In this document: piece after piece, positions 17,620 through 26,596 of the stretch | Layout of the letters: the number at the start of each line of letters is the position of its first letter | Numbering within the stretch: position 1 is the stretch's first letter | Sequence record: NC_028831.1 | DNA length: 61,235 nt | Source: Escherichia phage slur01 | Reading direction: 5' to 3' (one strand) | Program-made: the position numbers and the translations under genes | The notes under the pieces: model-generated | What the model saw: only the letters and a program-made list of their open reading frames with translations | What the model was told of the DNA's origin: nothing | Databases searched by the model: none

Positions 17620-18012
17620 ATGCTATTAGTCGTCACCGGAGGTCGAAATTTTAAGCATGTGGAGTATATTTATGCTCAATTGGATAAGCTGCATATGCAA
17701 AGAAGGATAACCACACTTCGCCACGGTGACGCTGACGGTGTTGACCGCATTTGTGCACAGTGGGCAGAGCGCAACGGTATTAAGACAGAAGCGTTCCCTG
17801 CCCCGTGGGACAATCTTTCCTTACCAAATACCAAGATACGGTATAACGCCAAGGGTGCTTATAATGCACAAGCTGGCGCATACCGTAACCAATTAATGCT
17901 GGATACTGATCCTAAACCAGATCACGCTATTGTGTTTCCTGGCGGAGCTGGTACTATGGATATGTACAGACGGATTAAAGCATCCGGTATCCATTACACA
18001 TTAGCGGAGTAA
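17620..18012 (+). CDS. SLOG/DUF2493-like Rossmann-fold protein
   Basis: Motif series VVTGGRNF, HGDADGVDR, WAERNGI, VFPGGAGTMDM resembles YpsA/DprA-LOG (SLOG) superfamily proteins. Confidence 0.45.
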   Translation: MLLVVTGGRNFKHVEYIYAQLDKLHMQRRITTLRHGDADGVDRICAQWAERNGIKTEAFPAPWDNLSLPNTKIRYNAKGAYNAQAGAYRNQLMLDTDPKPDHAIVFPGGAGTMDMYRRIKASGIHYTLAE

Positions 18013-18015
18013 ATA

Positions 18016-18486
18016 ATGGCTGACGTTAAAACTATTGTTGATGCAATGGACGAATCCAAAGACTGCCAACTGAAGAAGTCGTTTGAAGTAAAACAGGTTA
18101 CAGAGACTCAGTTGGTCTGTAATTTTGCGCGTTATTGTGGACTGGGGCGCGGGAAAGACTGGAACGGGCTTATTGTTATGCCCACATCACAAATCCTCGT
18201 TTACGTTCGCAATATTCTTGAGGATTTATTATATCTTCAGATTGATATCGGTGATGTAGAAATCAATATGACTGCGAGCTCTACCATTGTGGTTAAATGG
18301 CAGTCGGGCGAGACACTGCGTTTGGAAGCGTGCCATTGTGCTAAGAGCCTACACCACCTGCGCGGTTGTCATTACCAGTTCGTTGGGTTTGTACATCCGC
18401 AAGGGTTAAGCGAGCGTACGGCGCTTGTAGCGCGTTTGCTTCTGCGTCCTTATAATAACGAGCCGGAAGTTATATACGAGGCATAA
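18016..18486 (+). CDS. hypothetical protein
   Basis: 156-aa ORF; no motif recognised. Confidence 0.5.
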   Translation: MADVKTIVDAMDESKDCQLKKSFEVKQVTETQLVCNFARYCGLGRGKDWNGLIVMPTSQILVYVRNILEDLLYLQIDIGDVEINMTASSTIVVKWQSGETLRLEACHCAKSLHHLRGCHYQFVGFVHPQGLSERTALVARLLLRPYNNEPEVIYEA

Positions 18487-18487
18487 A

Positions 18488-18913
18488 ATGTCAGTAAATT
18501 TTGTCAAACAGCCAACTTTAAATACATGCGTTTCTGCGTGTTTGGCAATGATCCTTAATAAACCTGTCGAAAAGGTCATTAAGGAATTTCACAGTCGTTA
18601 TTATAACAACTGGGAAATCACTATCAGCGAATATTTGACTAAAAACGGCGTCCCGCATCATTGTTCAGAAGGTGGTGGGCGTGAAACTTTGCATATGGGA
18701 GGTTTGTTCCTGTGCACGGTGCCAAGTCTTAATATTCCTGGCGCATTGCACCAGATTGTGATTGATATGACAGATCACAAGTTTATTGTGCATGATCCAA
18801 TTAAAGGATGGGAAGGTAAAAAGTTCTATGTTGGTCCGGATCAAGATCCTGAAGAGCCTGGAGCTTTTATCATTCATACTTGGGTCAAAGACGTTGAAAT
18901 CCTGCCTTATTAA
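18488..18913 (+). CDS. Putative papain-like (C39-like) cysteine peptidase
   Basis: N-terminal QPTLNTCVSACLAMIL (Gln-Cys arrangement as in C39 peptidases) with a downstream His in FIVHDP. Confidence 0.35.
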   Translation: MSVNFVKQPTLNTCVSACLAMILNKPVEKVIKEFHSRYYNNWEITISEYLTKNGVPHHCSEGGGRETLHMGGLFLCTVPSLNIPGALHQIVIDMTDHKFIVHDPIKGWEGKKFYVGPDQDPEEPGAFIIHTWVKDVEILPY

Positions 18914-18975
18914 TTTTCTTGCTATCACATAACCCTTCATTGTATTGTGTACCCATCGAATAAGAGGGGTACACA

Positions 18976-19161
18976 ATGACCAAACTATACGCCGGATTGT
19001 TTTTATTTGCGACGTTGATGTTCGCTGGGCTTTATACCTATACAGTAGTCGAACAACCTTCCACGGTTATCCGAATCTTTGCAAGTACAGGGCTTTGCAT
19101 CTGTCTTATTCTATTTGTTTTATGCATTGTTATTATCCAAGACCAAAGGAAAATTAAATGA
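18976..19161 (+). CDS. Small membrane protein (two TM helices)
   Basis: Two hydrophobic segments separated by a short loop; RBS GAGGGG. Confidence 0.5.
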   Translation: MTKLYAGLFLFATLMFAGLYTYTVVEQPSTVIRIFASTGLCICLILFVLCIVIIQDQRKIK

Positions 19162-19622
19162 CCACAATTGCGTTTGATGGAAAAGTATTAGCTGCGGACC
19201 GTGGAGTTATGCGCGGGGAAGCTGTGACTGCTTATAAGAAAGTTCATAGCGTGAATGGACATCGTGGACGGTTTTTACTGGGCTTGTGCGGCCTTACAGC
19301 ATTTACCGATCAGGTGTTGCGTTATTTTAATAGCGCGGAACCTGTTAAGTTCCCTGATATTAAACTTTACAGCAAAGATGATGATTACGGGCAAACTTGC
19401 GGTCTTGCTGTCACTCCGGAAGGTACTTGCCATTTTATTTATAATGATGGTACTTTGAGCGAGCCCATGCTGGATGGATGGGGGTCTGAGGGTAGCGGTT
19501 GTGTGTTTGCTGCTGGCGCGTTAGCTGCTGGTGCAAGTGCGAGCGAAGCTATTGAGTTGGCAATTAAACACACCACATGCGCATTCCTGGGAGTTGATAC
19601 AATATCATTTGAGGGTTTTTAA
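19158..19622 (+). CDS. HslV/proteasome-like Ntn-hydrolase peptidase homolog
   Basis: Starts MTTIAFDGKVLAADRGV (Thr directly after Met, as in HslV TTIV...); GWGSEGSGCVFAAGALAAG parallels the HslV GSGG segment. Confidence 0.5.
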   Translation: MTTIAFDGKVLAADRGVMRGEAVTAYKKVHSVNGHRGRFLLGLCGLTAFTDQVLRYFNSAEPVKFPDIKLYSKDDDYGQTCGLAVTPEGTCHFIYNDGTLSEPMLDGWGSEGSGCVFAAGALAAGASASEAIELAIKHTTCAFLGVDTISFEGF

Positions 19623-19623
19623 A

Positions 19624-20115
19624 ATGGAATGGTCTTCCATATTCACTTATTTGGATGGAAAGCTGTTCTGGAAAACTTCTAGAGGTGGTAGAGTTATACC
19701 AGGAGCACTTGCTGGTCATGCTACAAAGAGGGGTTACGTCAAAATACGATGCGGTTGTAGTTTCTATCTAAGGCATCGTATAGTATGGGAAATGCATAAT
19801 GGTTCCATTCCCGAAAATATGCAAATAGATCATATTAATCACGTTCCTGGAGATGATAGGATAGAGAATCTTAGATTAGTTACAAGTACATTAAATAATA
19901 GGAACGTAACCAGATCTAAGCTTAATAAGTCTGGTGTTACTGGTGTTTGCTATCACAAAAGAAATAAAAGATGGATAGCTTATATTAATACACAGGTCGG
20001 TCAAGTAAGACTTGGCTCTTTTATTAATTTTGAAGATGCTGTCAATGCTCGTAAAAATGCTGAGATTGTATATGAATACCACGAGAATCATGGAACTGAA
20101 CGTAAGAGTTTTTGA
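19624..20115 (+). CDS. HNH homing endonuclease with C-terminal AP2 domain
   Basis: HNH core HRIVWEMHNG...IDHINHVPGDDRIENL followed by AP2 segment SGVTGVCYHKRNKRWIAYI...GSFINFEDAVNARKNAE; start re-picked at ATG with GAGGG RBS. Confidence 0.75.
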   Translation: MEWSSIFTYLDGKLFWKTSRGGRVIPGALAGHATKRGYVKIRCGCSFYLRHRIVWEMHNGSIPENMQIDHINHVPGDDRIENLRLVTSTLNNRNVTRSKLNKSGVTGVCYHKRNKRWIAYINTQVGQVRLGSFINFEDAVNARKNAEIVYEYHENHGTERKSF

Positions 20116-20359
20116 TGTTTTACCTTCACAATTAAACTGGAGGATAAAAGATTTTTATAACTATGTCCAAGTGAACGATGATATTTTCTTCACTGATTGT
20201 GAGGAGGTAGCTATTGCGATTATTGATAGTCTGCAAACTAATGGCCTTGTTATCTTTTGGGATGGGGTTAACGATTACTCAGTATATTCAGAAAAGTATC
20301 TTGGCGAAGGGAACTCATTATTCGCTAAGTCCTGCGTTCTGGCATTCCTTAATAGATGA
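20090..20359 (+). CDS. hypothetical protein
   Basis: Start uncertain; chosen as the first ATG not deep inside the HNH gene. Confidence 0.35.
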   Translation: MELNVRVFDVLPSQLNWRIKDFYNYVQVNDDIFFTDCEEVAIAIIDSLQTNGLVIFWDGVNDYSVYSEKYLGEGNSLFAKSCVLAFLNR

Positions 20360-20444
20360 TCCGTCATATCCAATTCAGCTTGCTCCTCTTGATCAAAGCC
20401 TGTTAATATTATCAAGCCTAAATCAAGCGGAGGAGGCTTTATCT

Positions 20445-20882
20445 ATGGCACTTCAACCTCGTGGTATTCGTAATAACAATCCAGGCAATATTCGCTGGGG
20501 TGACAATTGGCAGGGCTTAGTTCCTGCTGATAAGCGAACCGATAAATCTTTTGCGCAATTCACGCAACCGATTTACGGCATTCGTGCACTAGCGAAAATC
20601 CTGACAAACTACACCAAACGTGAAGGCTTACCCAATGTGGGTAAGAAAAACATCGATACTGTACGTGAAATCATCGCTCGCTGGGCACCGCCTAACGAAA
20701 ACGATACGGAAGCGTATATTCGCTCTGTTGCCAAAGCAATTGGTGTTCAACCTAACGATCCAATTAATGTCTTCGACAAGGCAATTATGTCAGGATTGGT
20801 GAAAGCAATCATTCGTCATGAAAATGGCATGATGCCCTATACCGACGACGTAATTAACCGCGCTATTGCAATGGTACTTTAA
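20445..20882 (+). CDS. Putative endolysin (peptidoglycan hydrolase, fold unassigned)
   Basis: Strong RBS GGAGGAGG; conserved-looking GIRNNNPGNIRWGDNWQG motif; sits immediately upstream of holin and spanin genes. Confidence 0.4.
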   Translation: MALQPRGIRNNNPGNIRWGDNWQGLVPADKRTDKSFAQFTQPIYGIRALAKILTNYTKREGLPNVGKKNIDTVREIIARWAPPNENDTEAYIRSVAKAIGVQPNDPINVFDKAIMSGLVKAIIRHENGMMPYTDDVINRAIAMVL

Positions 20883-20884
20883 CT

Positions 20885-20909
20885 GACGGGGCGTTAGCCC
20901 CTTTTATTT
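20885..20909 (+). terminator. Rho-independent terminator
   Basis: GGGGCGTTAGCCCC hairpin followed by TTTTATTT. Confidence 0.55.
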
Positions 20910-20918
20910 GGAGGGAAC

Positions 20919-21263
20919 ATGTTCAATTCACCCAACGAACATTGGGCAGTTCTAGCGGGGTTTGCGTTTATCTCCCTCATTGGGGGAGCTCTCGGTTATG
21001 TCATGCGTACAATAGACGCTGGTAAGAAAGTACGGGCGAGCATTGCATTTCTTGAAGGCTTATCCGCCGCTTTCTTTGGCGTTATAATGTATGCGATCTA
21101 CAGGGAGTTTAACATCAGCCTTTGGTTCGCTTTTGGCCTTGCTGGCCTATTTGCTTGGGCAGGTTCACGTGCTACGCTAAAAGCCCTAACGTCGCTTATA
21201 GCTTCACGGACAGGGATCAAACTCGATTCAGGGGACTGCAAACATGAAAACGATTCTAAATAA
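20919..21263 (+). CDS. Putative holin (multi-TM membrane protein)
   Basis: Three to four hydrophobic helices and a charged C-terminus; directly upstream of the spanin pair. Confidence 0.5.
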   Translation: MFNSPNEHWAVLAGFAFISLIGGALGYVMRTIDAGKKVRASIAFLEGLSAAFFGVIMYAIYREFNISLWFAFGLAGLFAWAGSRATLKALTSLIASRTGIKLDSGDCKHENDSK

Positions 21264-21720
21264 CTTCTTCGGTTTTATAAAAACTAAACCGCGTCTGTTT
21301 ATCGAGTATTTGATGATCGGCGCGGTTGTGTTTTTATGCGGGGTGGCTGCATACTTGTGGTCACAGAACGAGCTCAGCAAAACTAATTTAAATCATGCTG
21401 AGCAAAGACTAACCGTTGTAGAACGGGACAATGCAAAGCTGGGCGAAGCTGTTGTATTTCTTGCATCCCAACGGGAGAAGGATACTGAATCCTATCGAAA
21501 ATTGGCTTCAGCGATTGAAAGTGAGCAACATAACCACAGGTTGCTTCAGGACAAATTAAAAGCACTGGAGAAAAGCAATGCCGACGTCAAAGCTTATCTT
21601 AATGAGCGTGTTCCTGATGATTTGCGCAGGCTGCTCGACGGAGATACAACCTCCACCACCGCCGCAGATAGTGAAGATAAAACTTCCGGCCCATCTGTTG
21701 GTAGAATGTCGGGAAGTTGA
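21244..21720 (+). CDS. Inner-membrane spanin (Rz-like i-spanin)
   Basis: N-terminal TM helix followed by a coiled-coil periplasmic region; the o-spanin gene overlaps its 3' end in another frame. Confidence 0.6.
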   Translation: MKTILNNFFGFIKTKPRLFIEYLMIGAVVFLCGVAAYLWSQNELSKTNLNHAEQRLTVVERDNAKLGEAVVFLASQREKDTESYRKLASAIESEQHNHRLLQDKLKALEKSNADVKAYLNERVPDDLRRLLDGDTTSTTAADSEDKTSGPSVGRMSGS

Positions 21721-21883
21721 TAAATATCCTTTGGTTTATACAAGGGACATTATCCAACGTTTGCAGGATACAGAAACAGCTCTGACTGAATGTAAACTGA
21801 GGGTTAAGGAAATCATACGCTATGAAGCTGAAAATGTTTCGCTTGATTTTGTAGGATCAAGCAATTATATTCAGCCTAAATAG
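21578..21883 (+). CDS. Outer-membrane lipoprotein spanin (Rz1-like o-spanin)
   Basis: Lipoprotein signal with lipobox LMICAGC|S and a Pro-rich stretch; overlaps the i-spanin out of frame. Confidence 0.6.
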   Translation: MPTSKLILMSVFLMICAGCSTEIQPPPPPQIVKIKLPAHLLVECREVDKYPLVYTRDIIQRLQDTETALTECKLRVKEIIRYEAENVSLDFVGSSNYIQPK

Positions 21884-21903
21884 CAATAAGAAAGGGGGCT
21901 TCC

Positions 21904-22461
21904 ATGAACGGGGCAAGTCAAGAGCAATATGATCGTGACTGGACGAATTACATCCAGTATGCAAATAGCTTGTCCGCTGAAGAGATGGCAATACGTGACA
22001 AAGTTGTTGCTGAGTACATGTTCGACTACAATTGGACTAACGCTTGCATGAGATGCGGGTTCAATGCTATGTTTGCACAGGAGCTTGGCCAACGCTTTGC
22101 CACGGACTGTTATGTTCGATGGAAGCTCAAGGAGATTGAAAGATCCCGTGTTCAACGTACTTCTGAGCAAGCTAACATTGAAGCAGACCTTGAGCGTCAG
22201 CATATCATTGAAGCATTAAAACGTGAAGCTCATTATACAGGACCGGGATCTTCTCAAGCTGCTAGAGTCGCCGCATTGGGCAAGCTTGCACAAATTTATG
22301 ATTTGGATGCTCCCAAGAAGGCTAAGATTGATGTTACTAACAGAGGCGGCGTAATGATAGTCCCTGCTGTAGCAAATATTGACGAATGGGAAAAAACTGC
22401 ATCCGAGTCTCAACAACGACTAGTTAAAGAGACTGAAGATGGAGCTAAACCGACAACCTGA
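21904..22461 (+). CDS. Terminase small subunit
   Basis: 185-aa protein immediately upstream of the large terminase; RBS AAGGGGG. Confidence 0.55.
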   Translation: MNGASQEQYDRDWTNYIQYANSLSAEEMAIRDKVVAEYMFDYNWTNACMRCGFNAMFAQELGQRFATDCYVRWKLKEIERSRVQRTSEQANIEADLERQHIIEALKREAHYTGPGSSQAARVAALGKLAQIYDLDAPKKAKIDVTNRGGVMIVPAVANIDEWEKTASESQQRLVKETEDGAKPTT

Positions 22462-23998
22462 TAACATGCCGCGAGTCGTCTGGAAACCACATCCAGGTTC
22501 ACAGACACTCGCTCTATCCTGCCCCGCTGATATTATCCTATACCACGGAACTCGCGGTCCTGGAAAAACGGACTGCCAGCTTATGCGTTTCCGTAAGAAT
22601 GTTGGTGTAGGGTACGGTAAATTTTGGAAGGGTATTATATTCGACCGTGAATATAAAAACCTTGATGACCTTGTAACTAAATCCCAGCGTTGGTTTCCTG
22701 AATTTAAAGACGGGGCTAAATTCCTTAGCTCTAAGTCTGATTATAAATGGGTTTGGCCTACAGGTGAAGAGCTACTTTTCCGCGTTGCTTGTAAAGAAAA
22801 GGATTACTGGTCTTATCACGGTCACGAATACCCATTTATCGGATGGAACGAATTAACAAAATATCCGGACGGGCGTTTGTTTGAAGCTATGATGTCCTGT
22901 AACCGTTCATCTTTCTTACCAGAAGATAACCCAATTATTAATCCAGATGGTACGGTCACATATTTACCGGATATCCCTCTTGAAGTGTTTGCTACCAGTA
23001 ACCCGTTTGGTGCGGGGCATAACTGGGTTAAGAAACGCTTCATTGACGCTGCACCGATGGGTAAAATACTCAGGAAGACTACGCGAGTGTTTAACCCGAG
23101 GACGCAGAAAGACGAAGATGTGGTTACGACGCAATGCCATATCTTTGGTTCGTACCGTGAAAACAAAAACCTAAGTCCAAAATATATTGCAGAACTTATG
23201 TCTATCACAGACCCGAACAAGCGTGCTGCATGGTTGGGCGGGAGCTGGGATATTACATCCGGTGGTATGTTCGATGATCTGTGGCGTAGCACTGTTCACA
23301 AAGTACGACCATTCCCAATTCCAGCAAGTTGGAAGATTACACGTTCGTTTGACTGGGGTTCTTCAAAACCTTTCTCTGTCGGTTGGTGGGCCATTAGTGA
23401 TGGTTCGGATGTTGTGCGCGAAGACGGCACTACATTCTCCACGGTCCGCGGTGACCTGTTTAGGATTAACGAATGGTATGGGACCAACGGTAAGACAAAC
23501 GAAGGTCTACATTTGCTGGACTCAGAAATTGCAAGCGGTATACTGGAGCGGGAATTGGCCTGGGGTATACACGATCGTGTAGTTCCTGGTCCTGCGGATA
23601 ACTCCATTTGGGATCTGGAGAACAATAACTCCACCGCTGCAACAATGGCGAAGAAAATTCGTCTTAACGGGAAGTTATACGACGGTATACATTGGAAGCG
23701 CAGTGATAAGTCTGCTGGGTCGCGTAAACGGGGCTGGCAGAAAATGCGTGAGTTCCTTAAAGCTGCACTGCGGGAAGATGCGAACGGTAAACCTTTGCCC
23801 GGTCCGCGCGAGAATCCAGCAATGTACATTTTTGATAACTGCAACTATTTCTTTGAGCTGGTTCCAAGTCTACCTCGCGATGAAGTAGATCAGGACGACG
23901 TTGATACGGAATGTGAAGACCATATGGGTGATGAAGTTCGTTATATGGTTCTGGATCAAGCTGTTTATACAGGTGTTGGCAAAACTATCGGTATTTAA
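22439..23998 (+). CDS. Terminase large subunit
   Basis: N-terminal Walker A-like YHGTRGPGKTD and a C-terminal nuclease-like region; about 520 aa; followed by the portal gene. Start could instead be the ATG at 22466. Confidence 0.8.
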   Translation: MELNRQPDNMPRVVWKPHPGSQTLALSCPADIILYHGTRGPGKTDCQLMRFRKNVGVGYGKFWKGIIFDREYKNLDDLVTKSQRWFPEFKDGAKFLSSKSDYKWVWPTGEELLFRVACKEKDYWSYHGHEYPFIGWNELTKYPDGRLFEAMMSCNRSSFLPEDNPIINPDGTVTYLPDIPLEVFATSNPFGAGHNWVKKRFIDAAPMGKILRKTTRVFNPRTQKDEDVVTTQCHIFGSYRENKNLSPKYIAELMSITDPNKRAAWLGGSWDITSGGMFDDLWRSTVHKVRPFPIPASWKITRSFDWGSSKPFSVGWWAISDGSDVVREDGTTFSTVRGDLFRINEWYGTNGKTNEGLHLLDSEIASGILERELAWGIHDRVVPGPADNSIWDLENNNSTAATMAKKIRLNGKLYDGIHWKRSDKSAGSRKRGWQKMREFLKAALREDANGKPLPGPRENPAMYIFDNCNYFFELVPSLPRDEVDQDDVDTECEDHMGDEVRYMVLDQAVYTGVGKTIGI

Positions 23999-24009
23999 CT
24001 GGAGGGTAT

Positions 24010-25506
24010 ATGGGTATTGATGCAACTCACCCGCTATATGACAAGTGGAAGGATGCATGGGTCAAGTGCAACGACTGCTATGAGGGTGAAGATAAAATTA
24101 AGGAAGAAGGTGTTAAATATCTACCGCCTTTAGCTTCCATGATTATTGATGGGATGAATAATCCTAATGATTTGGGCTTTCAACGTTGGCTCGCTTATCG
24201 TCTGCGTGCTAACTTCCCTGACGATTATTCAAGTGCGGTTACAAACAATTTAGGTCTGCTGCACCAGAAGCCTCCTACAATCCAGCTTCCACCTGAAATG
24301 GAATACATGCGGGAGCTGTGTACTGCGGACGGTGAAGACATTATTGCTCTGCTACGTCGCATCAATGAAATGCAGTTAAAAAATGGACGTTTGGGCCTGC
24401 TGCTGGACTTGCCGAAAGGTGAGGATGTAAATAACAGACCTTATATTAGCGTTTATGATGCTTTATCCATTATCAACTGGGATGATGGTAAAGATGAATT
24501 GGGCAATATCAACTTGAACATGGTTGTTCTGGATGAAAGCGGTCCTGTACGTGTCAATCAGTTTGACTGGAAAGAAGAGAAGCGTTATCGCGTTCTACAA
24601 TTAGGTCCAATGGACACAGATGAAGTAGCAGGTGGAGCGGTCTACTCCCAACATCTGTTTATTAACAATACCAATTATGATGAAGGGCAAATGATTGCTC
24701 CTTATTATAAAGGTAATACGCTGGATGAAATTCCTTTCCAGTTTGTCAATACAACAGATATTACCCCAGCACCGGAAGCGCCGCCATTGTTGGGTCTTGC
24801 TAACATTTGTCTAAGCATGTACCGAAGTGACGCGGATTACCGCCAATGCTTGCATATGCAGGGTCAGGATACTTTAGTTGTTGTTGGTGGTTCCATGGAA
24901 AATGGAGATAAAGCCCCTCAGCGTATTGGTCCTGGTGCAGTCATTAACGTTTCTCAGGGAGGTGACGCTAAATATGTAGGTGTTAGCGGTGACGGTTTGT
25001 CCGAGCAACGTCTTGCACTGGCAGCGGATAAGCAAGAAGCCCAAATTAAAGCCGGGCAAATGGTAAACAACACCAAGAGCACGCAGGAATCAGGCGAAGC
25101 TATGAAAACGCGTATTGCTGCGCGTACAGCTAGTTTGATTCGAATTGCGTATACTGGTGCGGCTGGTTTGGAGAACTTGCTGAAGGTTTGCGCTAAGTGG
25201 ATGGGTGCGGATCCCGAGAAAGTTGTGGTTAAGCCTAATCTTGAATTTACCAAGAGCATGTTTAACGGTCAGGACTTTGTTCAAATTATTACTGCACGCA
25301 ACCTTAAGGCTCCGATTAGCTTGCAGTCTATTCATGGCTGGCTTGTTGATCAGGGCTTAACCACACTAAGCTTTGAAGAAGAAATGGCAATTCTTGAAGA
25401 AGAGCTTAAGAAGTGGCCTCTGCCCGATGATGCTAAAGCTGATTTAAACGCAGAGCAGCAAGTAAGCAAAGATCCTAAGGAAGACGACGCTTCCGATAAA
25501 GAATAG
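24010..25506 (+). CDS. Portal protein
   Basis: 498 aa, between terminase and scaffold genes, acidic C-terminus; RBS GGAGGG. Confidence 0.7.
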   Translation: MGIDATHPLYDKWKDAWVKCNDCYEGEDKIKEEGVKYLPPLASMIIDGMNNPNDLGFQRWLAYRLRANFPDDYSSAVTNNLGLLHQKPPTIQLPPEMEYMRELCTADGEDIIALLRRINEMQLKNGRLGLLLDLPKGEDVNNRPYISVYDALSIINWDDGKDELGNINLNMVVLDESGPVRVNQFDWKEEKRYRVLQLGPMDTDEVAGGAVYSQHLFINNTNYDEGQMIAPYYKGNTLDEIPFQFVNTTDITPAPEAPPLLGLANICLSMYRSDADYRQCLHMQGQDTLVVVGGSMENGDKAPQRIGPGAVINVSQGGDAKYVGVSGDGLSEQRLALAADKQEAQIKAGQMVNNTKSTQESGEAMKTRIAARTASLIRIAYTGAAGLENLLKVCAKWMGADPEKVVVKPNLEFTKSMFNGQDFVQIITARNLKAPISLQSIHGWLVDQGLTTLSFEEEMAILEEELKKWPLPDDAKADLNAEQQVSKDPKEDDASDKE

Positions 25507-25601
25507 TTGCAACTTCCAAGTTGATTGGTTTATATTAACGAACACGGGGCTGGGACGGCTCAGCTCCAAAAACGTCACACGGGTGACAACGGAGATAAGA
25601 A

Positions 25602-26474
25602 ATGAAAAAGAGTTCTGTAGCTATTAGTGTTGGTATGGCTTTAATTAATCCACGCGCTCGCGGTGAAGGTGATGTGGAACTGGAATACGAATATGCATCT
25701 GCGGAAGAGATCCCGGCAGAGTTTGCAACTCTTTACGCAGAGCAGGGCGGTAAATACGTTCTTGCAAAAGTTAAAGGTGTAGCCCCTGCTGATAGCGTTC
25801 GTCGTCTGGAAAGTGCATTGGCAAAAGAACGTAACGACCATCGTCAGGTGAAGCAACAGATTAGCGCACTTGGGCGTCCGGTTGAAGAAGTCCTTGCGGA
25901 CCTTGATCGTATCCCTCAACTGGAAGCTGCCGCTAACGGTAAAGGTACTCCGGAAGACATCGAAAAGATGGTTAAAGCTCGTCTTGCTCCGCTCGAGCGT
26001 CAATTGCAAACTGTAGCAGCTGAACGCGATTCCGTTAAGCAGGAAATTGAAGGCTACCGCACTCGCGAAACTAAAGCGAAGATTAAAGACGCAGTTATTG
26101 CTGCTGCATCCGGTGCTAAGCTGCGTCCGTCTGCTATCGAAGATGCGGTGACTTATGCACAGTTGCAAATGACCGTCGACGAGAACGGCAATGTGGTTAC
26201 GAAAGATGGGGCGGGTGTAACTCCATACCTAACCCCGGCGGATTGGCTTAACGAGATCCTCCCGAAACGTCCTCACTGGGTTGAGGGTTCTGCTGGTGGC
26301 GGTGCATCTGGTCCGGGCGCTGGCGGTCATCACGGTGAAGACCCATACAGTCACGACGGTTGGAACATCTCTAAGCAGATGAATCTCTGGAAAACTAATC
26401 AATCTTTAGCTAAACGCTTAGCTGAAAAGAATGGCGTAGATCCGCTGAAGCCTGTACGTCCTGCTAAGAAATAA
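25602..26474 (+). CDS. Head scaffolding protein
   Basis: Coiled-coil-rich, charged 290-aa protein immediately upstream of the major capsid gene. Confidence 0.6.
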   Translation: MKKSSVAISVGMALINPRARGEGDVELEYEYASAEEIPAEFATLYAEQGGKYVLAKVKGVAPADSVRRLESALAKERNDHRQVKQQISALGRPVEEVLADLDRIPQLEAAANGKGTPEDIEKMVKARLAPLERQLQTVAAERDSVKQEIEGYRTRETKAKIKDAVIAAASGAKLRPSAIEDAVTYAQLQMTVDENGNVVTKDGAGVTPYLTPADWLNEILPKRPHWVEGSAGGGASGPGAGGHHGEDPYSHDGWNISKQMNLWKTNQSLAKRLAEKNGVDPLKPVRPAKK

Positions 26475-26475
26475 G

Positions 26476-26504
26476 TTGACATCCCGACGTCCCTGATGTT
26501 AAGT
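26476..26504 (+). promoter_or_regulatory. Putative sigma70-like promoter TTGACA-17-TTAAGT upstream of the major capsid gene
   Basis: Consensus -35 TTGACA, 17-nt spacer, -10 TTAAGT; overlaps a 10-bp inverted repeat (26490..26520). Confidence 0.4.
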
Positions 26505-26596
26505 TTCAACACATCAGGGACACGGGTTCCTAAACAGCCTTCCACGGGGAAAGGCTACCAACAGTAAACAAATCAATCCTTTTCCTGGAGACAAGT

